The notes: generated from the sequence alone by a model not told the origin. A DNA stretch of 64,000 bases from the human T2T-CHM13v2.0 reference genome, Homo sapiens (GCF_009914755.1 NC_060937.1), one strand, 5' to 3'; positions 14,640 to 29,087 are shown, counted from the stretch's first letter. Program-made: numbers and translations.

Positions 14640-14800
14640 TGCAGTTTCTACATCATCAACTTCAACTCTTAAGCCCACTACAATATGACTTCTGTACTCA
14701 TAAGTGTACTGAATAGATATTGATTAAAGCAACCAATATTTTCATGTCAAACCTAATGGTCTTTACTATTATGAAATCAAACATTCTGTTCTGTGAATGC
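14640..14800 (+). mobile_element. L2 ORF2 fragment
   Basis: cccactacaatatgacttctg...aaagcaaccaatattttcatgtcaaacctaatggtc resembles the L2 RT region. Confidence 0.45.
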
Positions 14801-15399
14801 AATGATTCCTTTTCTACTTTTCTTATTGAACTATGTTCACTATTACTGTTCTATTTCATTGGGAATTCTGGAAATATACATTTTATGTCTTTCTAGCTAT
14901 AAGCCCTCTGCTTTACTAAGCTTCTCTATCCAGCTTAGAGCTACTGTTCATGATTACAACATCACTACCCAAATTCTCAATTTCTTTGATCCTTTCTTTT
15001 TCATTTTCCAGTCTGTGATGGTATTGACATAGAAAAGGACAGCTGGAAAAATTTCACATATGAGGGTAAATTGTTATCAGTTTGCATTTATGATCCACAA
15101 TCTAAAATAGACTGTTATCCCAGAATATCTGAATCATTTTCATCTCTTTTCAAATGCAGTATTGCCATTATACAACATCAGAACAAAACTCTCTAACAAT
15201 GTAGCTAACTTCCCAATCTGTCTCCTTCCACTTGAGTATTTTATTCCTTTCCTTCTATGATAGTTAAGAAAATGCTTCTTCCCTCTCTATCTGTAATTTT
15301 CTTCACTTCCATTCTCAATAAAATTGAAGAACCAATTATTATTTCATTATTCTCTATATTCAATCTCTTTTTTAATGGGATCTCTAAATCCTTTCCAAA

Positions 15400-16930
15400 A
15401 ACATTTGATAATTTCGAAGTTCTGCTTATCTTTAAAAAAGGAAAGAAGAAAATCATCATAACACATATTTCACTTCGGCTACTGCTCAGTTTCTTTGCAG
15501 ACTTTCAGAACCAACTACAAAAAATAGAATCAATAGTCAGTGAAGTCTTTCTCTTTCTACAAACAATCCTCAACCCATTTACCACCACCATCATCCTATG
15601 GAACATAGCTTTTTCTATGACCTACAGTGAATCTGTTTTCTTCATCTCATGCTGTAATTTAGTCTTTATCTCACTTGAACTCTCAGCAATATTTGACAAT
15701 GTTGAGCCTCTGCTTCTTTCTGAAATATGATCTTTCCTTAGTTTCCATGACGACACTCTCCCTGGAATTTCTCCCACCTTTTTGACAGATCTATTTAAAT
15801 CTCATCATTTATTCTGACATTAAACATTGGGGACATCACAACAGAAAGTCCCAGGCCCTCATGTCTCCATATGCCCTCTCCCTAACTCTATTTTCTCACT
15901 TATATAACCAGTCCCAATATTGTATATGCACCAATGATGTCCAGATTTATATCTCCAACTTTCAACTCTTTTCTAAAGTTCTTGAATAATACACCCAATT
16001 CACTACTTGATATTTTTATCTAGATGTTCCAAATAAAACAGCAAATCAAACATGTCCCAAACAACGTCATAATATTTCTTACCCAATAGAATTCTCTCTT
16101 GTTATCTGCCTCAGCAAATGACACACCAAAGACCCAGTTATTTTAAAAAGCAATCTAAAAAATTATTATGGTTTCCATATCCCTGAGTTTTTCTATTAAA
16201 TTTGTCAAAAGTCATATTTATTTTATTTCCAAATACCTCCGAAGCTCAAGTAGTCTTTTTCTATTTCTAATATCACTACCTTGGTGTAATTAGACATCTC
16301 TCACCTAGAATACTTTAATTCCTTTCTACTCATCTTTCACTTCTCTAGCCACCCCTTTAATAGAGACTCAAATCACCAGAAAAGCAGTCTTTCCAGAATT
16401 CCAGTTTGATATTATCAAAATAATTCTGACTTGAAAACTTCAATTTTGTTTCAGAAGAATATCAAAAATACTTAACAAAAACTTCAATGTTCTGTGATCA
16501 GGCTGTTGCTTATAAATCTGAAGCTTATTCTCAGGTACGCCTTTCCATTTTGGTCCAATAGACTTTCTCCAATTTCTTAAAGAAACTATTGTGCTTTCTG
16601 CTGTCACCAAGCTTTGAACACATGTTTTTTGTCTGAAAAAATTTCCACCCCTTTTTAATCTATACAACTATATTTAATCTATCCAATTTCAGCTCAATAA
16701 TTTACTTCTTCAGAGGAGCTTTGTCCTGAAATCCTAAATTATAAATAATTTAATGTTACGTATTTTCACAGCAGTATAGATTTTTTCTCCATAAGGTTTT
16801 ACAAAATAATTTATTTATATTTATGTTTATAATAACTTTATTGAAAATCATAATGAACCCTATCTTTTGTGCTGAACATTAAAAAACCAGTGCCTGCTAG
16901 AATGTCTGGCAGGTTCCAGTTACAGAATAA
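15400..16930 (+). mobile_element. L2 LINE, RT region through 3' end
   Basis: ORF 15257-15730 ends LELSAIFDNVEPLLL, like the L2/CR1 RT motif LDLSAAFDTVDHSLLL; downstream cttgatatttttatctagatgttcc...aaacatgtcccaa. Confidence 0.75.
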
Positions 16931-17178
16931 ATAATTTTTGTATAATTTAATTTAGTAGTAAAACATAAATACCTAAGTTTCTGATTTATAGGTGTAATAT
17001 TCATAATACATAAGATAAATTGATTAGTATGCTTTAAATATATAATTTGCAACAGAGATGATGAATGATAAAGAATTACTGCCATTGCATCTAGAACATT
17101 CCTGCTAAACCTAATTAGAATCTATGATTCCACCTCAGTAGTATTCAAGATAATAATTGGAAGAGAAGAACACACTAG

Positions 17179-17529
<351 letters not shown>

Positions 17530-17554
17530 TGATAGAATTAAATGTCTTATTTTT

Positions 17555-17883
17555 CTATCGGCTGTCTGAAGGGATTGTTCTCAGCATGTAGGAGATTCCA
17601 ATTTTTGCATGGACGTCTTTCATCTTTAAGGCTAGCAACATCATATCAAATTCTTAAATCCTTCTTATGTTTGAATCTTTCCAATTTTTCCCCCTGTTGC
17701 TACTTGAAGAACATTCTGCTTATAAAGGGCTCATTTAGGTGTACACAGATAATCTGTGAAACAAAAAAACTTAGTAACATTAATTATACTGGAAAATTCC
17801 CTTTAGAGTAGTAGCTTCTTTAGTGTTTTAATAACCAGAGGCTGAGACTCTTAGCTGACAATCTTGGAATTCTGCTTACCACA
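17555..17883 (-). mobile_element. MLT1E-like LTR fragment
   Basis: catctttaaggctagcaac...tataaagggctcat...ggaattctgcttaccaca terminus. Confidence 0.65.
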
Positions 17884-18072
17884 TATATTACACATATTAT
17901 TTCAATTATATTTTTAGGTCTAGCCTAATGGATACACTTGAGAATAGAAAGCCGTGCCTAGGAAACAATGTTGAATTGATTATTATGTAAAGTAGACACA
18001 GGTATTCATCATATGTAAACCTAAACAACTTAATGATTTTCTTCACTGAATTCCTTCAAAAAATTAGTTTTC

Positions 18073-20020
18073 TGATGACGTGATTATATATATAGAAAAC
18101 CCCATCATCTCAGCCCAAAATCTCCTTAAGCTGATAACCAATTTCAGCAAAGTCTCAGAAAACAAAATCAATGTGCAAAAATCACAAGTATTTCTATATG
18201 CCAATAATAAACAGAGAGCCAAATCATGAGTGAACTCCCATTCACAATTATACAAAAAGAATAAAATACCTAGTAATCCAACTTACAAGGGATGTGAAGG
18301 ACCTCTTCAAGGAGAGTTACAAACCACTGCTCAACGAAATAAAAGAGGACACAAACAAATGGAAGAACATTCCATGTGAATGGATAGGAAGAATCAATAT
18401 CGTGAAAATGGCCATACTGTCCAAGGTAATTTATAGATTCAATGCCATCCCCATCAAGCTACCAATGACTTTGTTCACAGCATTGGGAAAAAAACTACTT
18501 TAAAGTTCATGTGGAACCAAAAAACAGCCCGCATAGCCAAGACAATCCTAAGCCAAAAGAACAAAGCTAGAGGCATCACGCTACCTGACTTCAAACTATA
18601 CTACAAGGCTACTGTAGCCAAAACAGCGTGGTACTGCTATCAAAACAGAGATACAGACCAATGGAACAGAACAGAGGCCTCAGAAATAACACCACACATC
18701 TACAACCATCTGATCTTTGACAAATCTGGCAAAAACAAGCAATAGGGAAAAGTTTCCCTATTTGATGGATGGTGCTGGGAAAACTGGCTAGCCATATGTA
18801 GAAAGCTGAGACTGGATCCCTTCCTTACACTGTACACAAAAATTAACTCAAGATGGTTTAGAGACTTAAAAGTAAGACCTAACACCATAGAAGACCTAGA
18901 AGACAAGACCTAGAAGAAAACCTAGGCAATACCATTCAGGACATAGGCATGGGCAAAGACTTCATGACTAAAACACCAAAAGCAATGGCAATAAAAGCCA
19001 AAATAGACAAATGGGATCTAATTAAACTAAAGAGCTTATGCACAGCAAAAGAAACTATCATCAGAATGAACAGGCAACCTACAGAATGGGAGAAAATTTT
19101 TGCAATCTACCCATCTGACAAAGGGCTAATACCCAGAATCTACAAATAACTTAAACAAATTTACAAGAAAAAAAGCAAAGAACTCCATCAAAAAGTGGGC
19201 AAAGGATATGAACAGACACTTCTCAAAAGAAGACATTTATGCAGCCAATAAACATATGAAAAAATGCTCGTCATCACTGTCATCACAGAAATGCAAATCA
19301 AAACTACAATGAGATACCATCTCACACCAGTTAGAATGGTGATCATTAAAAAGTCAGGAAACAATAGATGCTGGAGAGGATGTGGAGAAATAGGAACATT
19401 TTTACACTGTTGGTGGGAGTGTAAATTAGTTCAACCATTGTGGAAGACAATGTGGCCATTCCTCAAGGATCTAGAAACCAGAAATACCCTTTGACCCAGT
19501 GATCCCATTACTGGGTATATACCCAAAGGATTATAAATCATACTACTATAAAGACACATACATACGTATGTTTACTGTGACACTATTCACAAGAGCAAAG
19601 ACTTAGAACCAACCCAAATGTCCATCAATGATAGACTGGATTAAGAAAATGTGGCACATATATACCATGGAATACTATGCAGCCATAAAAAAGGATCAGT
19701 TCATGTCCTTTGCAGGGACATGGATGAAGCTGGAAACCATCATTCTAAGCAAACTCTCACAAGGACAGAAAACAAAACACCGCGTGTTCTCACTCATAGG
19801 TGGGAGTTGAACAATGAGAACACATGTACACAGGGCAGGGAACATCACACACTGGGACCTGTTGGGGGTTGGGGGGCTGGGGTCGGGATAGCATTAGGAG
19901 AAATACCTAATGTAAATAATGAGTTGATGGGTGCAGCAAAACAACATGGCACATGTATACTTATGTAACAAACCTGAATGTTGTGGACATTTACCCTAGA
20001 ACTTAAAGTATAATAAAAAA
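18073..20020 (+). mobile_element. 5'-truncated L1PA (L1PA6/7-like), ~1.95 kb, frameshifted ORF2 C-terminus plus 3' UTR
   Basis: ORF2 peptides ([58 protein letters not shown]); TSD aaaaattagttt(t/c)ctga on both sides. Confidence 0.96.
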
Positions 20021-20390
20021 ATTAGTTTCCTGAATAAAATGATTGCTTATGCTATGAAAATATTTTAAATACATTAATGTCATTAAGTACTGTGAATCTT
20101 AGAGAATAAAGTGATCATCCATTCATAATCAAGGCTATCCAAAGCTCTGAATAGTTAGAATCCAGGAATGATTTTTTTTTTTTTGCTTCATGTATTTCCT
20201 AAATGTAAACTTACAACTTTAAGAGTAGAAAATGAAAATACTCATTAAATAATAATTTTGGTGAAATTTTGGAATTTATTATTGAGTACTGATACCTTTT
20301 TAAACATCTTAGTTGTTGGATTTATGGCATATTGCAATATAGCATGTGAAGCTTGGGTTTCACAAGAAAGTTACATAAGAATTCATGTAA

Positions 20391-21370
20391 TACTAGCAAA
20401 CTCAATTCAATAGCATATTAAAAAGATCATTTGTCATGTCAAGAGGGATTTACCCCAGGGATGCAAGGATAATTTAACATACACAAATCTATAAATATGA
20501 TACACTGCATTAACAGAATACTGGATATCAATGTGCGAAAAAATGTACTTGGACCCATATCTCATTATCATATACAAAAATCAAGTCAAAATGAATTAAA
20601 TACTTAAATATAAACCTGTTATAATCAGATATCTCCTCACACCTGTCAGAATGGCTGTTATCAAAGAAATGAAAGATAACAGGTGTTGGGGAGGACATGG
20701 AGAAAAGGGAACCCTGGCACACTTTTGGCAGGGTTGTAAATTAGTACAGCCATTATGAAAAACTTAAATAGAATTTTCTCAAAAAACTACATTATGGATC
20801 ATTTTTTACCCAGATCCCTACATATGGGTAAAAATCCAAAGGATTTGAAATCATATCAGAGCGATATCTACACTTCCATGTTTAATGCAACATTCTTTAC
20901 CATAGCCAATATATGGAACCAAACAATGTGTTCATGAATGAATAAAGAAATTGTGTACATATACACAATAAATATTATTCAGTTTTAATTAAAAGGGAAA
21001 TTCTGTCATTCGAGAGCAACATGGATGAACCTGGAGGACATAATGCTAAGTGAAAGGCAGGCCCACAAAGGCAATCCAGGCATATAAAGACAATTATTGC
21101 ATGTTCTCACTTGTATGTGGAATCTAAAACAAATTCACAGAAGCAGAGAGCAGAACGGTGGTTACCAGTGGCTGGGGCTGGGGGGAATGAGGAGATATTG
21201 GTCAAAGGGTACAATGTTTCAGTTAGGAGGAATAAGTGATGAGCATTTGAGGTGATAGATATGTTAATAAGCGTGATTCATTAATTCCATATTGTATACA
21301 TGTGTCATAGCATGACATTGTACCCCATAAATATATAAATATATACAATGATCTTTGTCAATATTCTAAA
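20391..21370 (+). mobile_element. L1MA with two internal ORF2 deletions, plus 3' UTR
   Basis: Three non-contiguous ORF2 blocks are joined, followed by gaacctggaggacataatgctaagtgaaa...gaggtgatagatatgttaat. Confidence 0.82.
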
Positions 21371-23019
21371 AGAAAGAATTCTTGTAAATTATAAAATAAT
21401 AAATTATGAAACAGTTTCTTATATATTACATGCTTCAAGTTTGACAAAAATACCTAAGCTTTTCATGTGGCTAGTTTGACCATGTTTTGTATATGAGCAT
21501 TGAAGAAAGAAATGGAGTAACTATAATTTTAATAAAGATACTTAACTTGGCCTTTTCAAGAAAGAATACACATCTATCCAGAAAGACAGATCTAAAATGA
21601 CCTTTAAAAAATGACATTTTTGGATTCTGGGATTTACAGAGATGATAGTGGCATGACATCCTATTGGTACAAGGTTTTTGGAGGGAATTTCAGTGCAGAC
21701 TCTGCTGTACATTTAGTTATTAGATAAAGGTGAGTTGAAATTAAGGAATACAGGCACATACAAATGCTTAACAGGATTTCTGTTGACTGTAGATAAATAT
21801 TTCCGCTTTGTGACAGTATTATTAAAGATACAGAATCATAAACCCATGAGAACATATTTACCTGAGATTGCTTTTATATGTTTTTAACTAAATATAGTTA
21901 TTTAAAGATATACTTCTTTCCATATTTTTAAACAAAATAACCAAATATGGTTCAGTGTTGTAGATTTGACTATGAAATGCATTCACTGTTTAAACTATCA
22001 GATTTTGATTAAGCAGAATCTGCACAGATAAACTGCTCTCAGGAATTAGATTGAATATGTTCAACTATAAATTCTACTACTTAAAAACCATATAACACTG
22101 AGAAAAATATGTAACATCTTTTCCTCCTTTGACAAGTAGTATAAGAGTTGGAGCATGAGTTAATACAAATGCTTACAACAGTGACTGACACAGAATAGGC
22201 ACTCAAAATGTGGATAATATTTTTACTATAACTTATTATTCAGTGTCAGAAAACTCATTACAGTCTCTCTGAGAAACATGTTTTGGTTTTGTTTTGCTTT
22301 CTGATTTAAAACTTTACCTAGTAGTGGGCTATGCACTCTGATTAGAATATATAAATTCACAAAAAAGAAGAAAAAGGGAACAAAAAAAACTGTCACGCTC
22401 CTCATAAAAAATAATAAATGGAGTAAAATAAAAAATAATATCTTTGAAACTAATTAGAGCAGAGATTATAATGACATATATATTTAACTCAAGGACCTGT
22501 AGCTACTATTTTCACTGGCAAAGCAGGAAGAAGAGAAATCTGCTATAGAAGTGGATAAGGGGAAAGAAAACTAACTTAACTTCTAGCAAACATTTAATAG
22601 ATTCATGTAGGCTGTCATGATGGATTAGAATCCAAAAGAGTCAAGCCACAGACAGAATTCTGGAAACAAAAAAGATCAACTTGGAAGTGGATCATTCCCC
22701 CAGGGCATCCAGAAGAAACAGCCTCACCAGTATTCAGATTTCCACTGAAGACCCAAGATATGCTGAGCTTCTCACCTGTGAACTAATAAGTGGAGCTGTT
22801 TTCTACCACTATGCTTATGATAATTAGTTACACAGCAATTGGAAGCTAAAAAACACCCTGTTAAGTGAATAATGTCATAAAAATATAACAAATTTATTTT
22901 GGTTTTCAGATTATTGAGGGTATTTTGCTTAATTTAAGCACAGTGAAATTTTAAAAATTAAGTCATTCATTTTTATATAGCTTGGATTATATTGCTTGGA
23001 TGCCAGTAGCTTTGCATTT

Positions 23020-26000
23020 TTTTTCTGTGTTATAGTTTATAGAGTAAAATTAACTCTTTATGTTACACAGTTTTATGAGTTTAGGCAAGCACATGTTGTC
23101 ATGTAACCACCACTACAATCAAAATCTACAACAAACAATTCTATAAATTTAAAAGTTCTCTTGGCTTGTTTTAGTCACCTATCCTCAGTTCTCTGGAGAC
23201 AACTGACTTGTTTTCTGTTCCTCTAGTTTTACTGGTTCAGAAAGCCATGTAAATGGAATCATAAAGTATAAAGTCTGTTGAGCCCAGGTTTTTGAAGTAG
23301 CAATACACATTTGAGATCCATCTGTATTGTTGTGTGTATCACTAGTTCATTGGACATAAGTCTATTAAATGCTGAACAGTATTCCTTTGTCTGGATATAC
23401 CAGGGGTTGTTCATCCATTCACCAGCTGTGAAATATTTGGGCCATTTTGATTTTTTGGTGATTATGAGTGAAGGTGCTATAATACTTTCATACATGTTTT
23501 TATGTAAATAAGTTTTCATTTCATTTCTCATAGGCAAATACTACAAGTGCAATTGCTGAGAATACTTGTATGATAATAGTATGTTTCATTTTATGAGAAA
23601 CTGGCAAACTGTTTTCCAAAGGGGCTGTGCCATTTTCCATTTCCACAAGAGAGGCATAAGACACTCGGTTGATATGGATCCTTATCAGTACTTCACACAT
23701 TTTTCAAAATTATGCTTTTATGCTTTCTAATTGCTGAATATTGAGAGTCCTTTGTATATTCTTAGTACAAGTTCATTGTTAGGTGTTCTATTTTAAACTA
23801 ACTGGTGACTTGTCTTTACATTTTCTTACTGTTTTTCATGGATCACATTTTTTTAATTTTGATGAAATCTTATTTGTCTTTTTCTTTTGTAGGATTGTGC
23901 TTTTGTTGGTCTATCTAAAAGAAACCTTACTTAATCCAAAGACACAGATTTTCTCCTATGTTTTCTTTAGAAGTTTTATAGTTTTAGGATTTAGAGTTAG
24001 GTCTATGATCCATTCGAGTTAATATTTGTATATTATGTGATGTGTGGAACAAAGTTCAGTTTTATGTACATGTATATCCAGTTGTTCCAGCACTATTTGT
24101 TAAAGGGAGTATTATTTCTCCGTTGACTTGCCATGGCACCTTTTTCAAATATCAATTGACCATATTTACGGAGATCAATTTCTGGGCTCTCTATAGTATT
24201 CCACTGATGTCTGTGTCTATCTCTTGCCAACATTAAACAATCAGGATTACTGTAGTTTTATAATAATTCTTAAGGAAAAGTAGTGAGTTGTCTACTGCTT
24301 TGTTCTTTTTCAGGATGTTTTGACTATTCTATTTATTTCACTTTTTCATGTAATTTTAAAAATCAATTTATAAATATCTACAAAAGATATTGCAAATTAT
24401 TCTGCTGGAATTCATTTAGACAGTTTAAAATTTATTTTATTATTTCGTATTGTAGTTTTCAGCAAACAGGTTTTTCTCATATTTTGTTACATATGTAACT
24501 ATTTTATGTTTTTGATGCTATTGCAAATGATATTTTTTATCATTCAATTTCAAATTGTATATTTATAGTATATAGAAATAGTTTATTTTTGAATATTGAC
24601 TTTGAATCTTGAAACTTTTTTCAATTCACTTATTAGTTCAAGAATCTTTTAAAACATTTTTATGATTCCTTCAGATTTTCTCTAAAATCACTCATTTCAT
24701 CTGAAGATAGAGACAGTTTTATTTCATCCCTTTCAACTACTGTAAACTTTTTTTCTTTTTATTTCCGTATTGTCTTACCTGGGACTTTCCGTATAGTGTC
24801 TAGTAGGAGTGGTGAGAATTGACACCCTTGTCTGTTACTGATCTTAGAAGGGGTATATTCAATTTTTCATAATTATATATGGAATCAGCAGTAGAATTTT
24901 GTAGATATCGTTTTATAGGGTTATATGGATTCCCTGTTATTCCTAGTTTGCTGGAAGTGTTTATCATGTATGGATACTAAAATCTGTGAAGTGCTTCTTT
25001 TATTGAGATGATCATATGGCTTTTAGCCTGGTTTCATCAAAAATGTCTTACATTTATTTTCTATTGGTGAACTGTCTTTGTATTCCTAGGACACCATTTC
25101 TTGGTTGTTACGTAGAATTCTTTATTATTGCTGGATACAATTTGGCAATGTTTTATGAAGAATGTGTCTGTATTTATAAGACATGTTTGGTCTTCAGTTA
25201 ACCATTCTTGTAATGCTGTTGGTATTGGTGTCAGGATAATTCTGACCTCATAAGATAAGTTTGGATGTGGTCCTTTTATTTTTTCTGGAAACAATTTTGT
25301 GAATTTGGTATTATTCATTTTTAAATATTTGGAATACTTCCCAGTATAGCCATCTGGGTCTTTAGTTTACTTAGTTTAATTTTATTAGATCTTGAGCTAT
25401 TCAGCTTATCTATTTGTTCTTGAGTGAGCTTTGGCAGTTTGTTTATTTCAAGGAATTGGTCCAATAAATTTTTCAAAATCACAAGTTTAGTTTTTTTCAT
25501 AGTTATTTATTTTTTTCCAGCTTTATTGAGGTAAAATTGACAAATACAAATTGTACATATTTAAGAGGTACAATGTGATAATTTGATACACATATATATT
25601 GTGAAATGATTGCCACAATTAAGCTAATTAACCTATCCATCTCATATAGTTCCTTTTTTTATGTGTGTGATGAGAACATTCAAGATCTACTCTCTTAACA
25701 CATTTCTAGTGTACTATACAGTGTTGTTAGCTATAGTAACCTTGCTCTACATTGGAGCCCCAGAAGTTAATCATCATATAACTGAAAGTTTGATCAACAT
25801 TGTCAATTTCCCTCTCCTCTGTTTTTTATTATTATGTAATGGCTGTAGGGTCTTCAGCAAAGTCCTCCATTTCTTTCCTGATATTGGGAATTTCTTTACT
25901 CTTTTTTCCTAGTTACCTTGCCTAAAGGATTATCAATTTTATTGACTTTTTTCAAAGAACCACACTTTATTCTCATGTTTTAAATTGTTTTCCTTTTTAA

Positions 26001-26080
26001 ATAATAACATCTATTTCTAGTCCCGTCTTCATTATTGTCTGTTTCATATTCAAATTTTTTAGAGTGTGTTGTTGATATTC
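23020..26080 (-). mobile_element. Old L1M (L1MC/MD-like) 3' UTR and ORF2
   Basis: gtcatgtaaccaccactacaatcaa...atttgagatccatctgtattgttg...taggagtggtgagaattgacacccttg...aaagaaccacacttt. Confidence 0.8.
25510..25800 (-). mobile_element. L1MA 3' end nested in the older L1
   Basis: cagctttattgaggtaaaattgacaaata...gtgatgagaacattcaagatctactctcttaaca. Confidence 0.8.
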
Positions 26081-26094
26081 CTCAATCAAATGGT

Positions 26095-26558
26095 GGAATA
26101 TAATGTTGAACCTTGGTGGACTTTTCAAGCTAAAGCCAATAAAATATTGCTGCTTTATTTCCAAAACTAGGTCATAAAAGGCACTATGGCTCCCAGACAA
26201 CTCTCTTTCTCTCACTTCTCTTTGTTATAGGAAGTGTGCCTTTTAGTCCAATCACAACAATGTGAAAAAAAGTCAGGCTATATGGAATAGACTTGGGCCA
26301 AGTATTGGTGTTATGTCTGACCTAGGCCTCCAGGTGATCATCAATATTATCTGCTAGACATGTGAATGAATGAGATTTCATATTACTCCAGCCTCAGTGT
26401 TCAAGTATTACTACTGAGCCACAGACACTGTCATGCAGATATAAGCCATCCTCGTGTGCTCTCTGTGAATCCATGGCCCACAGAGACTACAATCGGTTTA
26501 TTGCATTACATCACTAACTTTGGGTTTATTTGTTTTGAAGAAATGGGTACCTAATACA
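26095..26558 (+). mobile_element. Old MLT1 (F/G/H-like) LTR
   Basis: ctaggtcataaaaggcactatggc...gaatccatggcccacagagact...cctaataca end. Confidence 0.55.
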
Positions 26559-27377
26559 TATGAATCATTTATAAAGTTTATTTTTTCTTTTTTTGTATCA
26601 CACTGAAGATATTGCTGGTTGATATAGTGAGTGTTCATCTTGTATTCTCAGTCTTCTGCAGAGGAAACCCAAATTGGTTTCTCTAAAATAGTGTTTTCTC
26701 CAGCCTCACCTTCAATCCTATATATCTTTTAGGTAATGAATATGTACAATTTTACATCTGACAATTCAAAATCAATAATTTTAAAATTTAAAATTTAATT
26801 GTATATATTTTCCCCTATTTTGCTATTATTTTAGTTTCAGAATTTTTCTAGTCACATTATATACAAAAACATTTATTTTGGTGTACTCTCATTTAGGTAT
26901 AAAACCAATTAAATGAATTCTACAACAAAATATTATAAAGATTTCTTTTTTAATCGGATAGCAATTGCATGGTGTCAAGCCTTTATTATCTCTCATATAG
27001 ATTTTATTATGGTTCTAGCTTACTAATATGGCTCTGGTCTTGGGTTTACTTCCCTCCATATCTGCCTCAATCCGTTATTTTCTTTAAAGTTAGAGAAATC
27101 TTAAGGCACAGATTTATCATTACTCCTCTCCTTAATGTTCTTCACAGATCCTTTGCTATCTACAAAGGGCATTCCAAGTTCTTTGCTTTCAAAAAATTAG
27201 AATGAATCTTATTTATGCTTTCCCTTTATTTTATCATTTTACCTCCAAAGAAAGATCTAAATTTGTGTTCTCAAGTATGAAGTAAGTGCCTTTAGAAAAG
27301 ATTCAATTTTTCACTTTCTGTAAACTTAGACTAAGGCATTTTTGAGTAGTAAGTGATGGCTGATTTTGGGATGACGT

Positions 27378-27412
27378 TATATATTATATATATGATATAT
27401 ATCATATATATA

Positions 27413-27457
<45 letters not shown>
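27378..27457. repeat. (TA)n microsatellite with ~20 pure units at the 3' side
   Basis: Uninterrupted atatat... from ~27417 to 27457. Confidence 0.95.
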
Positions 27458-27459
<2 letters not shown>

Positions 27460-27460
<1 letters not shown>

Positions 27461-27813
27461 GATATGGTTTGGATTTGTGTCCCTACCCAAATCTCATGTT
27501 GAATTAGAGGAGGGGCCTGGGGAGAGGTGATTGGATAATGGGGATGGATTTCTCCCTTGCTGTTCTGATAATTGTGAGTGAGTTCTTACGAGGATGTGAT
27601 GGTTTAAAAGCATGTGGTACTTCTTCCTTCTCTCTCTCTCCTGCTGCCATGTGAAGAAGGCTTTTGCTTCCCCTTCACCTCCCCCCATGATTCTAAGTTT
27701 CTTGAGTCCTCCCAGTCATGCTTCTGGAACTGTGAGTCAATTAAACTTCTTTTCTTCATGTATTATCCAATCTCTGGTAGTTTTTTATAGCATTGTAAAA
27801 ATGAACTAATATA
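27460..27813 (+). mobile_element. MSTA-type solo LTR
   Basis: tgatatggtttggatttgtgtccctacccaaatctcatgttgaat...gaactgtgagtcaattaaac...gaactaatata. Confidence 0.9.
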
Positions 27814-27956
27814 AAATGAATATATATAATTTAATTTACTGGATAGATTTAAATTTTTTCAAATATTTCTATAATATAAAGTTATGTTTTGAACATATAT
27901 CAATGTTTACTGGAAATAATAAATATACAGATTCTCCTCGAGCTGAAGTACATGAT

Positions 27957-28311
27957 TGTATTAGCTCAGGATGCCATAACAAAACACTGTAGACTGGGTA
28001 GATTAAACAACAGAAATTTATTTCTCAAAGTTCTGGAGGCTAAAATCAAGATTTCAGTTGATTTGATTTCTAGTGAGGACTATTCCTAACTTACAGATGG
28101 CACCTTTCTCACTGTGTCCTCACATAAGCTTTTCTACGTGTTTTGTGTGGTGGGGGGCTGCGTGGAGAGAAGCTAAGCTCTCTAGTGTCTCCACTTACAG
28201 GGACACCAAACCTGAATTACTTCCTTTGAGGCTCTGTCTTCAAATACAGCCAACTGTGGGTTAGGGATACAGTATATAAATATTGGGTGGACACAAAAGT
28301 AACTTTATAAC
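27957..28311 (-). mobile_element. MLT1A-type LTR
   Basis: tgtattagctcaggatgccataacaaaacac...ttaaacaacagaaatttatttctcaaagttctggaggct. Confidence 0.8.
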
Positions 28312-29087
28312 CTAGGTATCATGTATTAAATTCATGACTAAAAAGGTTCTATATTAGTATAAATCTCTTTTCCTTCTTTATATCATTCTGATTCCTACGT
28401 CTAAAGACCTTGCTTTTTTTTACTTTCGCTTTTTTTTCTTATGGCAAAATCCACTGGGTCATTGTGTGATGATAAAATAGACTTTTAAAAAGTATTTCAA
28501 CTTTTAAATTCGGGGTCTACATGTGCAGGTTTGTTACACTGGTATGTTGCATAATGCTGACGTTTAGGGTACAAATGATCTCGACACCCAGGTACTAAAC
28601 ATAGTACCCAATAGATAGTTTTAAAATCCTTTCCCTCCTCCCTACATCCCATATTTTGGAATCCCCAATGTCTATTTTTCCCGTCTTTGTGTCCCTGGGT
28701 ACCCAATGTTTAGCTCCAGTTTACAGGAGAGAACATGTGGTATTTGATTTTCTGTTCCTGCATTAATTCGCTTAGAATAATGGCTTCCAGCTACATCCAT
28801 GTTACTGAAAAGGACATGAATTCATTCACTTTTTTGGTGCATAGTACTGCAAGGTTTATATATACCATTTTTTTTAATACAATCCACCATGGAAGGGAAC
28901 CTAGGTTTATTCCATGTCTTTGCATCATAAACAAATAAATGCATGTTTAAATAAATAGTGCTGCAATAAACATATGAATGCATGTGTCCTTTTGATAGAA
29001 TGATTTATTTTCCTTTGGGTGTATACCCAGTGATGGGATTGCTGTGTCAAATGATAGGCTAAAATCTGGAGGCTAAAATCAAGATTT

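Noticed and set aside
15257-15730. 157-aa ORF
   Set aside because: Low-complexity; only the C-terminus resembles a decayed L2 RT motif.
18891-18924. Short tandem duplications (also 6186-6205, 39748-39778, 55922-55946)
   Set aside because: Ordinary 10-17 bp slippage events.
18294-19810. Series of ORFs with clear protein homology
   Set aside because: Frameshifted fragments of L1 ORF2 in a 5'-truncated element, not a gene.
19863-19888. G-quadruplex-like G runs
   Set aside because: Standard feature of the L1 3' UTR.
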